A DNA stretch of 64,000 bases from an uncultured delta proteobacterium (GTDB lineage: Bacteria > Desulfobacterota > Desulfobacteria > Desulfobacterales > B30-G6). Within the stretch, counting starts at the first letter, position 1. Each line of letters begins with the position of its first letter. Below, piece after piece: positions 41,241-51,789 of this stretch. The DNA lies in NCBI GenBank assembly GCA_963823335.1, contig CAWGLD010000001.1, positions 1,088,001-1,152,000 on the forward strand, given 5' to 3'. A program made the translations under genes and the position numbers. Under the pieces are notes generated by a model, which had not been told where the DNA came from, did no database searches, and was given only the letters and a program-made list of their open reading frames with translations.

Positions 41241-43028
41241 TTATTTGATGATCGGCTTGACCTTCAGATAGAGCTCATCCAGTTGTTTTTTGCCGGCATT
41301 AGAAGGCGCGCCGGTAAGGAGACATGCTGCGCGCTGGGTTTTGGGAAAAGCGATAATGTCCCTTATGGAGGGCTGGCCGCACATGAGCATGACCAGGCGG
41401 TCAAACCCGAAGGCGATGCCGCCATGCGGCGGAGCACCGGATTCCAGGGCTGAAATCAGGAACCCGAATTTTTCTTGGTAGGTTTCTGGTGTCAGGCCCA
41501 GGGCATTGAAGACCTGTTCCTGGATTTCTTTCTGGTGGATACGGATACTGCCACCGCCGATTTCGAACCCGTTCAGTACCAGGTCGTAGGCCCGGGAGCG
41601 GACATTGAGGGGGTCTGTTTCGAGCTTGTCATAATCCACTTCAAAGGGCGCGGTGAAGGGGTGGTGCAGGGCCTGGTATCGTTTTTCGGTATCGTCGTAT
41701 TCCATCAGGGGAAACTGTGTTACCCACACAAAATTATGTGTATTGTCCTCGATGAGATTCAATCGTTTTCCCAGATGGTTCCGAAGGTGACCCAATGCTT
41801 CGTTGGTAATCTTTGGCTGATCCGCTACAAAGAAAACCAGGTCGCCTGTTTCCATGCCGATACGCTCTTTCATGGTTGCTTTTTCTTCTTCGCTGAAAAA
41901 TTTGGTGATGGGTGATTGCCATTCGTTTTCCCGAACCTTTATCCAGGCCAGACCCTTGGCCTTGTAGATGGATACCAGATCTGTCAGGTCATCGATTTCC
42001 TTACGCGAAAAATCGAGGCAGCCCTTGGCATTCAACGCCTTGACCAGGCCGCCGTTTTTCACGACGGATGAGAAGACCTTGAAGCCTGAATTCTCGACGA
42101 TATCTGAAAGGTCCACCAGTTCCAGACCGAAGCGGGTGTCTGGCTTGTCAAGGCCGTAGCGCCCGACCGCTTCGTCATAGGTCAGCCTGTTGAAAGGTGC
42201 GTCCAGGGTGATGTCCAGCACATCCTTATACAGTGCCTGGATCATGCCTTCGCTCAGGGCCATGATATCTTCTTCTCCAACAAAGGACATTTCGATATCG
42301 ATCTGGGTAAACTCAGGCTGCCGGTCGGCCCTTAAGTCTTCATCCCGGAAACAGCGAACAATCTGGTAATATCGATCAAACCCGGAGATCATGAGCAGTT
42401 GCTTGAATAACTGCGGTGACTGGGGCAATGCATAAAACTGACCTGGATTTACCCTGCTGGGCACCAGGTAGTCCCGGGCGCCTTCGGGCGTGCTGCGGGT
42501 CAGGCATGGCGTCTCGATGTCGATAAAGCCATGGGTATTCAAAAAGGTTCTGACGGACGATGCAGCCCGATGCCTCAGGATGATATTCTGCTGCAGTTGC
42601 GGCCGCCTCAAATCAAGATGACGGTAGGTGAGGCGCAGGCTTTCGGAGACATCCACGGTATCTTCGATTAAAAATGGTGGTGTTACAGCCGCATTTAAAA
42701 TTCTAAGCTCGGTTACCAGAACTTCGATAGCGCCGGTGGCTAGATTCGGGTTGATCATCCCCTCCGGGCGGCTTTCGACGGTTCCCCTTACCGCGATGAC
42801 GAATTCACTTCTGATGACATGTGCCTTTGAATGAACTGCTTTGTCGACTTCGGGATTGAACACCACCTGGGTAATACCTTCCCTGTCCCGCAGATCCACA
42901 AAAATGACGCCACCATGATCCCTGCGGCGCTGTACCCAGCCCATCAGGATGACTTCGGTTCCCATATCGGTTTTCCCCAAAGCACAACAGCTATGGGTTC
43001 TTCTCATTGATTCAAGATTGTCGGGCAA
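41241..43028 (-). CDS. aspS: Aspartate-tRNA ligase, probably non-discriminating
   Basis: [52 protein letters not shown] start. Confidence 0.96.
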   Translation of the reverse strand: MPDNLESMRRTHSCCALGKTDMGTEVILMGWVQRRRDHGGVIFVDLRDREGITQVVFNPEVDKAVHSKAHVIRSEFVIAVRGTVESRPEGMINPNLATGAIEVLVTELRILNAAVTPPFLIEDTVDVSESLRLTYRHLDLRRPQLQQNIILRHRAASSVRTFLNTHGFIDIETPCLTRSTPEGARDYLVPSRVNPGQFYALPQSPQLFKQLLMISGFDRYYQIVRCFRDEDLRADRQPEFTQIDIEMSFVGEEDIMALSEGMIQALYKDVLDITLDAPFNRLTYDEAVGRYGLDKPDTRFGLELVDLSDIVENSGFKVFSSVVKNGGLVKALNAKGCLDFSRKEIDDLTDLVSIYKAKGLAWIKVRENEWQSPITKFFSEEEKATMKERIGMETGDLVFFVADQPKITNEALGHLRNHLGKRLNLIEDNTHNFVWVTQFPLMEYDDTEKRYQALHHPFTAPFEVDYDKLETDPLNVRSRAYDLVLNGFEIGGGSIRIHQKEIQEQVFNALGLTPETYQEKFGFLISALESGAPPHGGIAFGFDRLVMLMCGQPSIRDIIAFPKTQRAACLLTGAPSNAGKKQLDELYLKVKPIIK

Positions 43029-43055
43029 TTCTCAAACTCCTTTATTTAGATCGTT

Positions 43056-44312
43056 TCACGATTGTATTCGTTTTGAAATGCTTTCCACCAGCCGATTCAG
43101 GGGGACGTCCTCTTGGTCCTTGGTGGACATGTTTCGGAGAAGGGCAAACCCGTTTTCAAGTTCATTGTCTCCCAGCATCAATACATACGGGGCGCCGAGT
43201 CTGCCTGCGCGCTTCATCTGACTTTTTAGACTCCTGTCCTGAAAGTCCATCTCAGTATAGAAACCTTTGGCGCTCAATTCACAGACCCAGCCAAATGCCA
43301 GGGTCTGACTCTTTTCTCCCATGGCGGCAATATAAAGATCCGGTTTTCGCATGAGATCAGCCCCGCTGACCTCTACGATCTCGGCCAGCCGGTCGAATCC
43401 AATGGCAAATCCTGTAGCCGGGATGTCCGGGCCACCCAACATCTGGACAAGGGCATCGTATCTGCCACCGCCGGCCACTGCGCTCTGGGCACCCAGGGAG
43501 CGGGTCTGGATTTCAAACGTCGCGCGGGTGTAATAGTCGAGCCCCCGGACCAGGCGTTTGTCCAGCACAAAAGGTACCTTCAGCCGATCCAGTGCCGATT
43601 GCAACAGCGCGAATTCACGATCGCATACATCGCAGAGACATGCCAGTATGGAAGGGGCGTCCGTCATGGCTTCCCGACAAGTGGGAACCTTACAATCCAG
43701 CACGCGCAAGGGGTTGCGGTCTTTACGGCGTGTGCAGTCAGCGCAAAGCCTCTCGGATACAGATGCGATATGTTCCTGAAGCCGGACTTTGAAGCCGGGG
43801 CGGCACTGCGGGCAACCCAGCGAGTTTATGCGCGCCTCCACGTCCTTTACCGCCAGCCTTTCACATAAAGTTTTTAGAAGAAAAATCAGCTCTGCATCCG
43901 CAAGCGCCGATGAAACACCGAAAATTTCCACATTTATCTGATAAAACTGCCGGTAGCGACCCTTTTGAGGCCGTTCCCTTCGAAACATGGGACCGATGGT
44001 GTAAAATTTCTTGACAGGGTCATCGGCAAACATCTTGTGCTGTATATACGACCGGCAGATCGCTGCGGTGGCTTCAGGACGCAGGGTGACAAGGTCTCCT
44101 TTTCGATCGGAAAAGGTGTACATTTCTTTTTCCACGATATCCGTGTCTTCCCCGATACTGCGTGCAAAAAGTTCCGTGCGTTCCATGATGGGTGTGCGGA
44201 TTTCCCTGAATCCGAAATCCTCGAACAGCAACCGGGCAACCTTCTCGATCTGCTGCCAGGTTTCGACCTCACCGGGAAGGATGTCCTTGAAACCTCTGAT
44301 TAATTGAATCAT
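43056..44312 (-). CDS. hisS: Histidine-tRNA ligase
   Basis: RGFKD, KEMYTF, LRPEATA, RERPQKGRYRQF, LVRGLDYY, GGGRYD. Confidence 0.96.
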   Translation of the reverse strand: MIQLIRGFKDILPGEVETWQQIEKVARLLFEDFGFREIRTPIMERTELFARSIGEDTDIVEKEMYTFSDRKGDLVTLRPEATAAICRSYIQHKMFADDPVKKFYTIGPMFRRERPQKGRYRQFYQINVEIFGVSSALADAELIFLLKTLCERLAVKDVEARINSLGCPQCRPGFKVRLQEHIASVSERLCADCTRRKDRNPLRVLDCKVPTCREAMTDAPSILACLCDVCDREFALLQSALDRLKVPFVLDKRLVRGLDYYTRATFEIQTRSLGAQSAVAGGGRYDALVQMLGGPDIPATGFAIGFDRLAEIVEVSGADLMRKPDLYIAAMGEKSQTLAFGWVCELSAKGFYTEMDFQDRSLKSQMKRAGRLGAPYVLMLGDNELENGFALLRNMSTKDQEDVPLNRLVESISKRIQS

Positions 44313-44507
44313 TCTGTTCACTCACAAGTCGTTACAATTAGCATAAACTATTATAGTTATGATGATTGCTTTTTTTAGTCAACAGGAATATTTTCTGTGG
44401 CCGGTTATCGCAGAAACACCCGTTTTGTTGACAAGATTTTTAAGTTCCGCTAATTATGTCGGCAGGTTAATTTCGCATTAATTCATCCGACTTGAGGGGT
44501 TCTTCAA

Positions 44508-45446
44508 ATGAAAGAACATGTCACTGTGCCACACTTTCATTTATCTAATAAAAAAAAGAACCTTGAGCTCCGGGCTGCCATCATGACGGCCGTGCGGCGC
44601 TACTTTAGGTTAAAAGGCTATCTTGAGGTTGAAACGCCAAACCGGATACCGGCTCCGGCGCCTGAAGCCAACATCGAGGCCCAGCCAAGCGGGTCCTGGT
44701 TTTTGCAAACATCGCCTGAGCTGTGCATGAAACGTCTTCTGGCCGCCGGCTTTGAACGGATTTTTCAGATCTGCAAATGTTACCGAAAAGATGAACGGGG
44801 GCGGCTGCACCTGCCCGAGATGACAATGCTGGAGTGGTATACTACGGGACACGATTACCTGGACATGATGCAGCAATGCGAAGACCTCATCACCACTGTG
44901 GCGCAATCCATTGATCATGGAAAGGGAATTCACTATCAAGGGCGGTGGATTGATCTTACAAAACCCTGGGCCCGGATGACTGTGGATCAAGCCTTTGAGA
45001 AGTTTTCGTCGGAATCCCTGGATACCGCCATCCGGAACGGGCATTTTGATGAGATCGTCGGTTGTGACATCGCTCCTAACCTGGGGTGGGTAAAACCGGT
45101 TTTTTTGTATGATTATCCTGCGGAGCTGGGCTCACTTGCCCGGTTGAAACCGGGGAACAAAAGCGTGGCGGAACGTTTTGAGCTATATATCGCGGGTATC
45201 GAAATCTGCAATGCCTTTTCCGAACTGACAGACCCGGACGAGCAGCGAAGACGATTCGAAACAGAAATGACCCATCGCCGGGCATCAGGCAAGACCTCAT
45301 ATCCTCTATCGGAGACCTTTTTGCAGGCCCTGGACGACATGCCGGATGCTGCCGGAAATGCACTCGGCATGGACCGGTTGATCATGCTCTTTGCGGATAC
45401 GTCAGAAATCGAGGCAGTGGTGGCATTTACACCTGAAGTCAGTTAA
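44508..45446 (+). CDS. epmA: EF-P lysine aminoacylase (GenX/PoxA)
   Basis: LQTSPELCMKRLLA, HLPEMTMLEWY, ERFELY, NAFSELTD, ALGMDRL; no anticodon-binding domain. Confidence 0.9.
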   Translation: MKEHVTVPHFHLSNKKKNLELRAAIMTAVRRYFRLKGYLEVETPNRIPAPAPEANIEAQPSGSWFLQTSPELCMKRLLAAGFERIFQICKCYRKDERGRLHLPEMTMLEWYTTGHDYLDMMQQCEDLITTVAQSIDHGKGIHYQGRWIDLTKPWARMTVDQAFEKFSSESLDTAIRNGHFDEIVGCDIAPNLGWVKPVFLYDYPAELGSLARLKPGNKSVAERFELYIAGIEICNAFSELTDPDEQRRRFETEMTHRRASGKTSYPLSETFLQALDDMPDAAGNALGMDRLIMLFADTSEIEAVVAFTPEVS

Positions 45447-45456
45447 CCCGAATATT

Positions 45457-46653
45457 TCATATGATATTTTCCTGTGTTCTGCGCCGCTTTCCGGGCCTGG
45501 TGAGGGTAAAGAAAGTCAGAACCCCGGCCAAGCTGATAACTGCCCCAAGGGAAAACGCGTCCCGCAAGTCGGTCATGTCCATTATCAGTCCGGCAAAGGA
45601 AGAGCCAATCAACATTCCCAGGCTGTGGGCCATGGTCATCAGCCCCATGAGAGATCCCATGGCGTCGGATTGATTACCCTTGAAAACCGCAATGGCCATG
45701 TGGGCCGGCATGGAGACACCTCCGCCGAGACCGAAGAATATACTTGCGACAACCAGATCGGTCAGGGAACTGGAACAAGCAAAATATATCATCCCGACGG
45801 CCACCAGCAGACCGCCGAAAACAATCATCATTCGACGGCTGATGTGGTCGGCCACATAGCCCATGGGCAGGTGGATGATGCCGCTGATGAAGACGCCCAG
45901 CATGACCAGAAAGCCGATGTTTGAACTCGAAAGAGCAAAGCGGGTGTCTGCAAACACCGGCAAAAACCCCCAGATGATACCGATGCAGGCGGTGTAATTC
46001 AATCGGAAACAGAAAAGCCCGATGATTTCCCGGTCCTGCAGCAGCACTTTCCATGGCAGGGGCGTGCGGCGTTTCTGCATGATTTTCTCCTCATGACTGG
46101 GCGGTAAAAAGGAGAGGCTCAAGAAAAAACCCACCAGGGATAGAATTCCCATACTCAAGAACGAGGCATCGAGGCCCCAGTAATCTTTAATGCCCCCACC
46201 GAGAACGGGGCCAAGGCTCAACCCGAAGAAAATGGACATATTGAAGAACCCCATGGTAAACCCCTCCCGTCCCTGGGGCGTGATATCTCCAACATAGGCC
46301 TGTATGGCAGGCATCATCATGGAAGAGGCAATTCCCTGAAAAAAACGTATGAGTACAAGGGAAGTGACATTTTGGGCCAGCATGAACGCCAGAGAAAGGC
46401 AGGCATAGGAGAACAGACCGGTGACGATGAGACGTTTACGACCTTTTCTGTCAGAAAGTCGTCCAAAATAAGGCAGGAAGAAGGTTCGTGACATGGCAAA
46501 GGACCCGAAAATGAATCCGATGGCCATCCCGCTGGCGCCAAGGTCATGGGCATAAACCGGCAACAGCGGTACAACGATGCCGACACCCGTGACGGTGACA
46601 AAAATGGAAAAAAAAAGGGTGCCGAATATTTTTTTGTCGATACTGGATGTCAT
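45457..46653 (-). CDS. MFS transporter
   Basis: GRLSDRKGRK motif A, RFFQG; ATG 46653 overlaps the upstream stop. Confidence 0.88.
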   Translation of the reverse strand: MTSSIDKKIFGTLFFSIFVTVTGVGIVVPLLPVYAHDLGASGMAIGFIFGSFAMSRTFFLPYFGRLSDRKGRKRLIVTGLFSYACLSLAFMLAQNVTSLVLIRFFQGIASSMMMPAIQAYVGDITPQGREGFTMGFFNMSIFFGLSLGPVLGGGIKDYWGLDASFLSMGILSLVGFFLSLSFLPPSHEEKIMQKRRTPLPWKVLLQDREIIGLFCFRLNYTACIGIIWGFLPVFADTRFALSSSNIGFLVMLGVFISGIIHLPMGYVADHISRRMMIVFGGLLVAVGMIYFACSSSLTDLVVASIFFGLGGGVSMPAHMAIAVFKGNQSDAMGSLMGLMTMAHSLGMLIGSSFAGLIMDMTDLRDAFSLGAVISLAGVLTFFTLTRPGKRRRTQENII

Positions 46654-48008
46654 TGAATTTGTTTCTGGATATCCCTCAGGACGGTTTCCACAAGTTCCCG
46701 AATTTCCTGAAGCCTGTTTTCCGTCATGGCCTCGAAGCGCAGGACCAGGGCGGGTTGTGTGTTGGAGGCTCGGACGAGCCCCCAACCATCTGGAAACAAA
46801 ACACGCACACCGTCAATGTCGATGACATCGTGGCGTTCTTTGAAATAGGCGGTTACCTTGTCCACCACCGCAAACTTGATATGATCGGGACATTCGACAC
46901 GGATTTCAGGTGTGGAAACAGTTTTCGGGACATCGGCCAGCAGATCGGAGATCTTTTTGCCGGTGTCGGCCAGGATTTCAAGGAGCCGGCAGGAAGCATA
47001 GACCGCATCGTCAAAACCGAAATACCGGTCGCTAAAAAAGATGTGTCCGCTCATCTCCCCGGCCAGTTCTGCTTTTTCCATTTTCATTTTCTGCTTGATC
47101 AGGGAGTGGCCTGTTTTCCACATGATGGCCCTGCCGCCGTTTTTTTCGATATCGTCATACAGTGTCTTGGAGCATTTGACCTCGGAAATGAACGTGGCGC
47201 CAGGTTTGCGGGACAAAATTTCCCGGGAAAAAATAATCATCAACTTATCCCCATAGATAAGATTTCCATCGGCATCCACGACACCGATCCGATCTCCGTC
47301 ACCATCATAACCAAAACCGATATCCAGCTTTTTTTCTTTGACCAGGGCGATGAGTTCCTGCATGTTTTTGAGCACCGTGGGATCTGCCTCGTGGTTGGGA
47401 AAAGATCCGTCGGGGTCACAATACAGATCGTGTACCTCACAACCCAGGGTTTTTAAAATCGGGACGGCCGTGATGCCTGCAGTGCCATTGCCTGCATCGA
47501 CCCCTACCCTGAGAGAACGGGTCAGGGTGATATTGTTCAGCAGATAGTCTTTGTAGGGTGTCAGGATGTCAAAGGTTCCGACAATACCGGTGCCGGTTTC
47601 AAAATCCTCCTCCTGGATGATCTTAAGAATTTCTTGTATCTGGTCACCAAACACCGAGTCGACACCGCTACAAATTTTGAACCCGTTGTATTCAGGAGGA
47701 TTATGACTGGCAGTTACCATGACGTTGCCCTGTTTATCTAAATGGCGGATGGAAAAATAGCCCACGGGTGTCGAGCAGACACCGATGTCTACTACATGGC
47801 ATCCGGTGCTCAGCAGTCCCTGGATCAGTTTCTCAGAATATTGATCCGATGTTACCCGGCAGTCCCGTCCTACCGTGATGTCGGTATTGCCCTGCCGTCC
47901 AAGATACGTGCCGATGCCTTTGCCGATGAGCACGACATCCGATGTATCCATATCTTTGCCGGCAATACCCCTGATGTCGTATTCTCTGAACATATTAGGA
48001 TTTAACAT
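46650..48008 (-). CDS. Phosphomannomutase/phosphoglucomutase
   Basis: FREYDIRG, TASHNP, DGDGDR, GEMSGH, VRASNT. Confidence 0.95.
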   Translation of the reverse strand: MLNPNMFREYDIRGIAGKDMDTSDVVLIGKGIGTYLGRQGNTDITVGRDCRVTSDQYSEKLIQGLLSTGCHVVDIGVCSTPVGYFSIRHLDKQGNVMVTASHNPPEYNGFKICSGVDSVFGDQIQEILKIIQEEDFETGTGIVGTFDILTPYKDYLLNNITLTRSLRVGVDAGNGTAGITAVPILKTLGCEVHDLYCDPDGSFPNHEADPTVLKNMQELIALVKEKKLDIGFGYDGDGDRIGVVDADGNLIYGDKLMIIFSREILSRKPGATFISEVKCSKTLYDDIEKNGGRAIMWKTGHSLIKQKMKMEKAELAGEMSGHIFFSDRYFGFDDAVYASCRLLEILADTGKKISDLLADVPKTVSTPEIRVECPDHIKFAVVDKVTAYFKERHDVIDIDGVRVLFPDGWGLVRASNTQPALVLRFEAMTENRLQEIRELVETVLRDIQKQIQ

Positions 48009-48231
48009 ATTGTTTTCCTTTCAAAATTGTTCGAATCATTTGAATTTTCGTTTCCTGGACAACATGGTATCGAAAAGCGCTTACACCTGTCAATCGCCAA
48101 ATAAAATCGTTGCCGGATTTATAAAATGAGACTTTCGGATATCCTGGTGTCTATCGGCTTGACAGGCAACGGCCTGGCTTTTATACTCATCCCTCTTTAA
48201 CCTCAATATAATTTTACACGCTGCTTTGCCC

Positions 48232-49191
48232 ATGAAAGTAGATCGAAAATATTCATGCCTTTTCATGTTGGTTCTTGGGGGTGTCTTCTTTGGGCTGGTT
48301 TTCCCTGTGTTTGCAGCGGTTCCAGCGGACGAGCCAAAACAACTGACCACCACCCAGGCTGTCATTCTTGGTGTCGTGGAAGGATTGACCGAATATCTGC
48401 CAATCAGTTCCACGGGTCATCTGCTGATAACCAAGGATCTTCTCGGTATGAATACCACAGGATCCGATATCGTGCAGCAGACGACGGAAACGGATGCCAT
48501 CAATGCCTATCTCGTATGCATCCAGTTCGGCGCAATCCTGGCTATTCTTGCTGTATGCGCTCACCGATTCAAGAAAATTTTGAAAGGACTGTTTCAGGGG
48601 GATAACGAAGGCAGACGATTGCTGACCCATCTGATCCTGGCGCTGTTGCCGGCGGTGGGCATCGGACTGCTCCTGGAAAGCTCTATCAAGAAGTTCCTTT
48701 TTGGCACCTATCCTGTTATTGTGGCCTGGTTTGTCGGTGGCGTGGCCATTCTGTTCATCTCGTTTCATTTCAAAAACCGACACAGAGACCTTCATCAGGG
48801 AAAAGAGATCGAGGACATGAATCCGAAGATGGCCATTTTTATCGGCCTTGTCCAGTGCCTGGCCATGTGGCCCGGCGTTAGCCGTAGTCTGGCAACCATT
48901 CTGGGTGGCCTGTTTCTGGGTCTATCCATGAAGGCAACGGTGGAATTCAGCTTTCTGCTGGGTGCCGTCACCTTAACTGCCGCTACGGCTTATGATGTTC
49001 TCAAACACGGCCGTGACATGCTGGCGGTTCTCGATATCCATTCCATGTTTCTGGGACTGGTGTTCGCTTTTGTGGCGGCGGTTTTGTCCGTAAAATGGAT
49101 GATCCACTATTTGAATAAATATGGTCTCGAAATTTTTGGATATTACCGGATTGTTCTGGCGCTTGCAACTGCGTGGTTCTACCTAAAGTGA
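48232..49191 (+). CDS. uppP: Undecaprenyl-diphosphate phosphatase (start uncertain)
   Basis: GVVEGLTEYLPISSTGH, IQFGAILA, PGVSRS, EFSFLL, FGYYRI. Confidence 0.9.
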   Translation: MKVDRKYSCLFMLVLGGVFFGLVFPVFAAVPADEPKQLTTTQAVILGVVEGLTEYLPISSTGHLLITKDLLGMNTTGSDIVQQTTETDAINAYLVCIQFGAILAILAVCAHRFKKILKGLFQGDNEGRRLLTHLILALLPAVGIGLLLESSIKKFLFGTYPVIVAWFVGGVAILFISFHFKNRHRDLHQGKEIEDMNPKMAIFIGLVQCLAMWPGVSRSLATILGGLFLGLSMKATVEFSFLLGAVTLTAATAYDVLKHGRDMLAVLDIHSMFLGLVFAFVAAVLSVKWMIHYLNKYGLEIFGYYRIVLALATAWFYLK

Positions 49192-49241
49192 GCGTTTCAA
49201 ATTTTAAGAATGTCGAAGTTTGCATAGCTATTTAGGAGAAT

Positions 49242-49982
49242 ATGGTGAATACGACCATTGAGACCATGCGATCACATCGGTCTGTCCGAAAATTTAAGGA
49301 CAAGGCAATTTCCGATGAGATGCTTGAAACCATCCTGAGCTCGGCGCAATGCGCAGCTACTTCCAATTTTGTCCAGGCCTACACGATTATTCGTGTCGAT
49401 GATAAACAGAACAGACAGGCTATTGCAAAACTTAGCGGATCCCAGCAGTGGATAATTGATGCGCCGGTATTTCTTGTTTTTCTTGCAGATTTAAACCGTC
49501 TGGAAGCAGCCTGCCGGAAACATGGAAAGGAAATGGCCGACGGATACATGGAGCAGTTTATCGTCGCGACGGTTGACACAGCCCTGATCGGTCAAAACAC
49601 CCTGCTGGCAGCAGAGTCCATGGGTTTGGGAGGCCTTTTTATCGGGGCCATTCGCAACAACCCCAAGAAGATCTGCGACATGCTGGATATACCTGAACAC
49701 GCCTATCCAGTTTTCGGGATGTGTCTGGGATACCCGGATGATCTGCCGCCGGTAAAACCGCGCTTGCCGCTTGAGGGGATTTTTAAGAAGGAAACATACC
49801 AGGCGGATGGAGGTGAGGCTGTCCTGGAAGCCTATGATGAAACGACCCGGGCGTATTACATGTCACGGGACAGCAACTTAAAAGATGAGACCTGGAGCCA
49901 GCAGATGGCCGGGTTCATGAGTAAGATTGTCCGGCCGCATATGAAAGCATTCATCGCCTCAAAGGGTTTTTGTATCCGTTAA
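49242..49982 (+). CDS. nfsA: Oxygen-insensitive NADPH nitroreductase
   Basis: HRSVRKF, AATSNFVQAY, AAESMGLG..IGAIRN, KPRLP. Confidence 0.88.
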   Translation: MVNTTIETMRSHRSVRKFKDKAISDEMLETILSSAQCAATSNFVQAYTIIRVDDKQNRQAIAKLSGSQQWIIDAPVFLVFLADLNRLEAACRKHGKEMADGYMEQFIVATVDTALIGQNTLLAAESMGLGGLFIGAIRNNPKKICDMLDIPEHAYPVFGMCLGYPDDLPPVKPRLPLEGIFKKETYQADGGEAVLEAYDETTRAYYMSRDSNLKDETWSQQMAGFMSKIVRPHMKAFIASKGFCIR

Positions 49983-49996
49983 CCAAAATTGTTCAA

Positions 49997-50144
49997 TAAA
50001 AGTGGTTTCAAAACCTTCAATCGGGTCCAAGATCAAGGCGAGGCGAATTGTTTAACCGCAAGAATACACTTAGTATTTTGAGGATTAAACGATTCGCCTT
50101 AACACAGAAATTGGGCTCGAGAGGAGATTTTGAAACCACTTTTA
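49997..50144. repeat. 148-bp fold-back element with 17-bp perfect terminal inverted repeats (MITE/REP-like)
   Basis: TAAAAGTGGTTTCAAAA...TTTTGAAACCACTTTTA plus inner arms AGGCGAATTGTTTAA/TTAAACGATTCGCCT. Confidence 0.75.
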
Positions 50145-51587
50145 GCCTTTTACTACCGCCATGGGTTTAAGCCTGGCTACCTTCCTGGAGATACCGGCAC
50201 TGTGAACGACCCCTACGACTTTTGATATATCCTTGTAGGCATCCGGCATCTCTTCGGCCAGGGTCGACCGTCCGGTCCACCGAACCATGATGCCCTTGTC
50301 CGCCAATTCCCGCTGGATCGATCTCCCCTTGCTCAGCCTTTTGGCGGCGGTTCTGCTCAATACCCTTCCTGCGCCATGACAGGTGGAGCCAAAAGTTTCC
50401 GCCATAGCTGTTTCCGTACCAACCAGAACATAGGATGCCGTGCCCATGTCACCAGGCACCAGGATGGGCTGGCCCGTGGAAAGATGGGTGTTGCAAAGCG
50501 CTTCGTGATTCGGTGGGAAAGCTCGTGTGGCCCCCTTTCGATGCACGCAAAGAATCCTTTTTTCTCCTTCCACCATATGGGTTTCTTTTTTGGCGATGTT
50601 GTGACTGACATCATAGACCAGATTCATGTCGAGGTCTTTCGGACCGATGCCCAGGGCATGTTGGAACACTTCCCGGCAGAGATGCATCAATATCTGGCGA
50701 TTGGCCCAGGCATAGTTGGCTGCACAGGCCATGGCATTAAAATATCGCTGCCCCTGCTCTGATTGAATCATGGCACAGGCCAGCTGCCTGTCTGGTAGGT
50801 CTATTCCGAGTCGATTTACATGCTGGTTCATCTGCTTTATGTAATCGTCGCAAACCTGATAGCCGAAACCTCTGGAACCGGAGTGAAGCATCAACGTCAC
50901 CTGGCCCTCAAAGAGCCCAAAGACTTGTGCAACTTCTGCATCGAACACCTTGTCCACAAGACCGACTTCCAAAAAATGGTTGCCGGATCCGAGGGTGCCG
51001 AGCTGCTTTCTTCCTCTTTCCAATGCCCGAGGACTGATGATATCCGGATCCGCGTTTGTCATACAACCGGCATCTTCAGTGTGCGCAAGATCTCTGTTTT
51101 CTCCAAATCCCCGGCGAACAGCCCATTGGCTGCCCTCACTGAGAACCTGTTTTTCTTCCTTTACCGAAAGCCTGACCGGCCCGGTGGAACCCAGCCCCGA
51201 GGGTATCTGCCGGTATAGCTCTGTTACAAGAGTTTCAAGCCGGGGCCGGACATCAGTTTCTTCCAGTGCCGTGGTCACCAGGCGAACACCACAGTTGATG
51301 TCGTAACCAACACCGCCGGGAGATATCACGCCCGTATCCCAGTCGAAAGCGGCCACGCCACCGATGGGAAACCCATACCCCCAATGCATATCTGGCATGA
51401 CCAGGGAGCCTTTTACGATCCCGGGCAGCGTGGCGACATTGGCGACTTGCTTCAAAGGTTCATTGTGCTCCTTGCCTTGGAGCATGTCGCGTTCGGCATA
51501 GATGATTCCAGGAACACGCATTTTTCCGGTTTTCGGAAGCTCCCATTTGTATGGAGTAATTTCTCTTAATTCCATTTTTCCCATCAT
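50142..51587 (-). CDS. rtcB: RNA-splicing ligase RtcB
   Basis: MPDMHWGYGFPIG, GVGYDINCG, GTLGSGNHF, HSGSRG, HRKGAT, PGDMGT, HGAGR, AYKD. Confidence 0.95.
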   Translation of the reverse strand: MMGKMELREITPYKWELPKTGKMRVPGIIYAERDMLQGKEHNEPLKQVANVATLPGIVKGSLVMPDMHWGYGFPIGGVAAFDWDTGVISPGGVGYDINCGVRLVTTALEETDVRPRLETLVTELYRQIPSGLGSTGPVRLSVKEEKQVLSEGSQWAVRRGFGENRDLAHTEDAGCMTNADPDIISPRALERGRKQLGTLGSGNHFLEVGLVDKVFDAEVAQVFGLFEGQVTLMLHSGSRGFGYQVCDDYIKQMNQHVNRLGIDLPDRQLACAMIQSEQGQRYFNAMACAANYAWANRQILMHLCREVFQHALGIGPKDLDMNLVYDVSHNIAKKETHMVEGEKRILCVHRKGATRAFPPNHEALCNTHLSTGQPILVPGDMGTASYVLVGTETAMAETFGSTCHGAGRVLSRTAAKRLSKGRSIQRELADKGIMVRWTGRSTLAEEMPDAYKDISKVVGVVHSAGISRKVARLKPMAVVKG

Positions 51588-51789
51588 CGTGTTGAAGTCA
51601 AATAAAGCTATTCATAAAAACGACCCTGTCGAGTTTGATAAAATCGCAAATACAAGTTTTCAGGTCCATGATAAATTAGTTTGCGTATGTATAAAATGGA
51701 TTTTATAATGTTTTAGCGTAAGAAACCAGGATCCTCAAGCTTAATTCTCTGGATCATGGGATCCTATTCAAAAAATAAAAGGAAAGACC

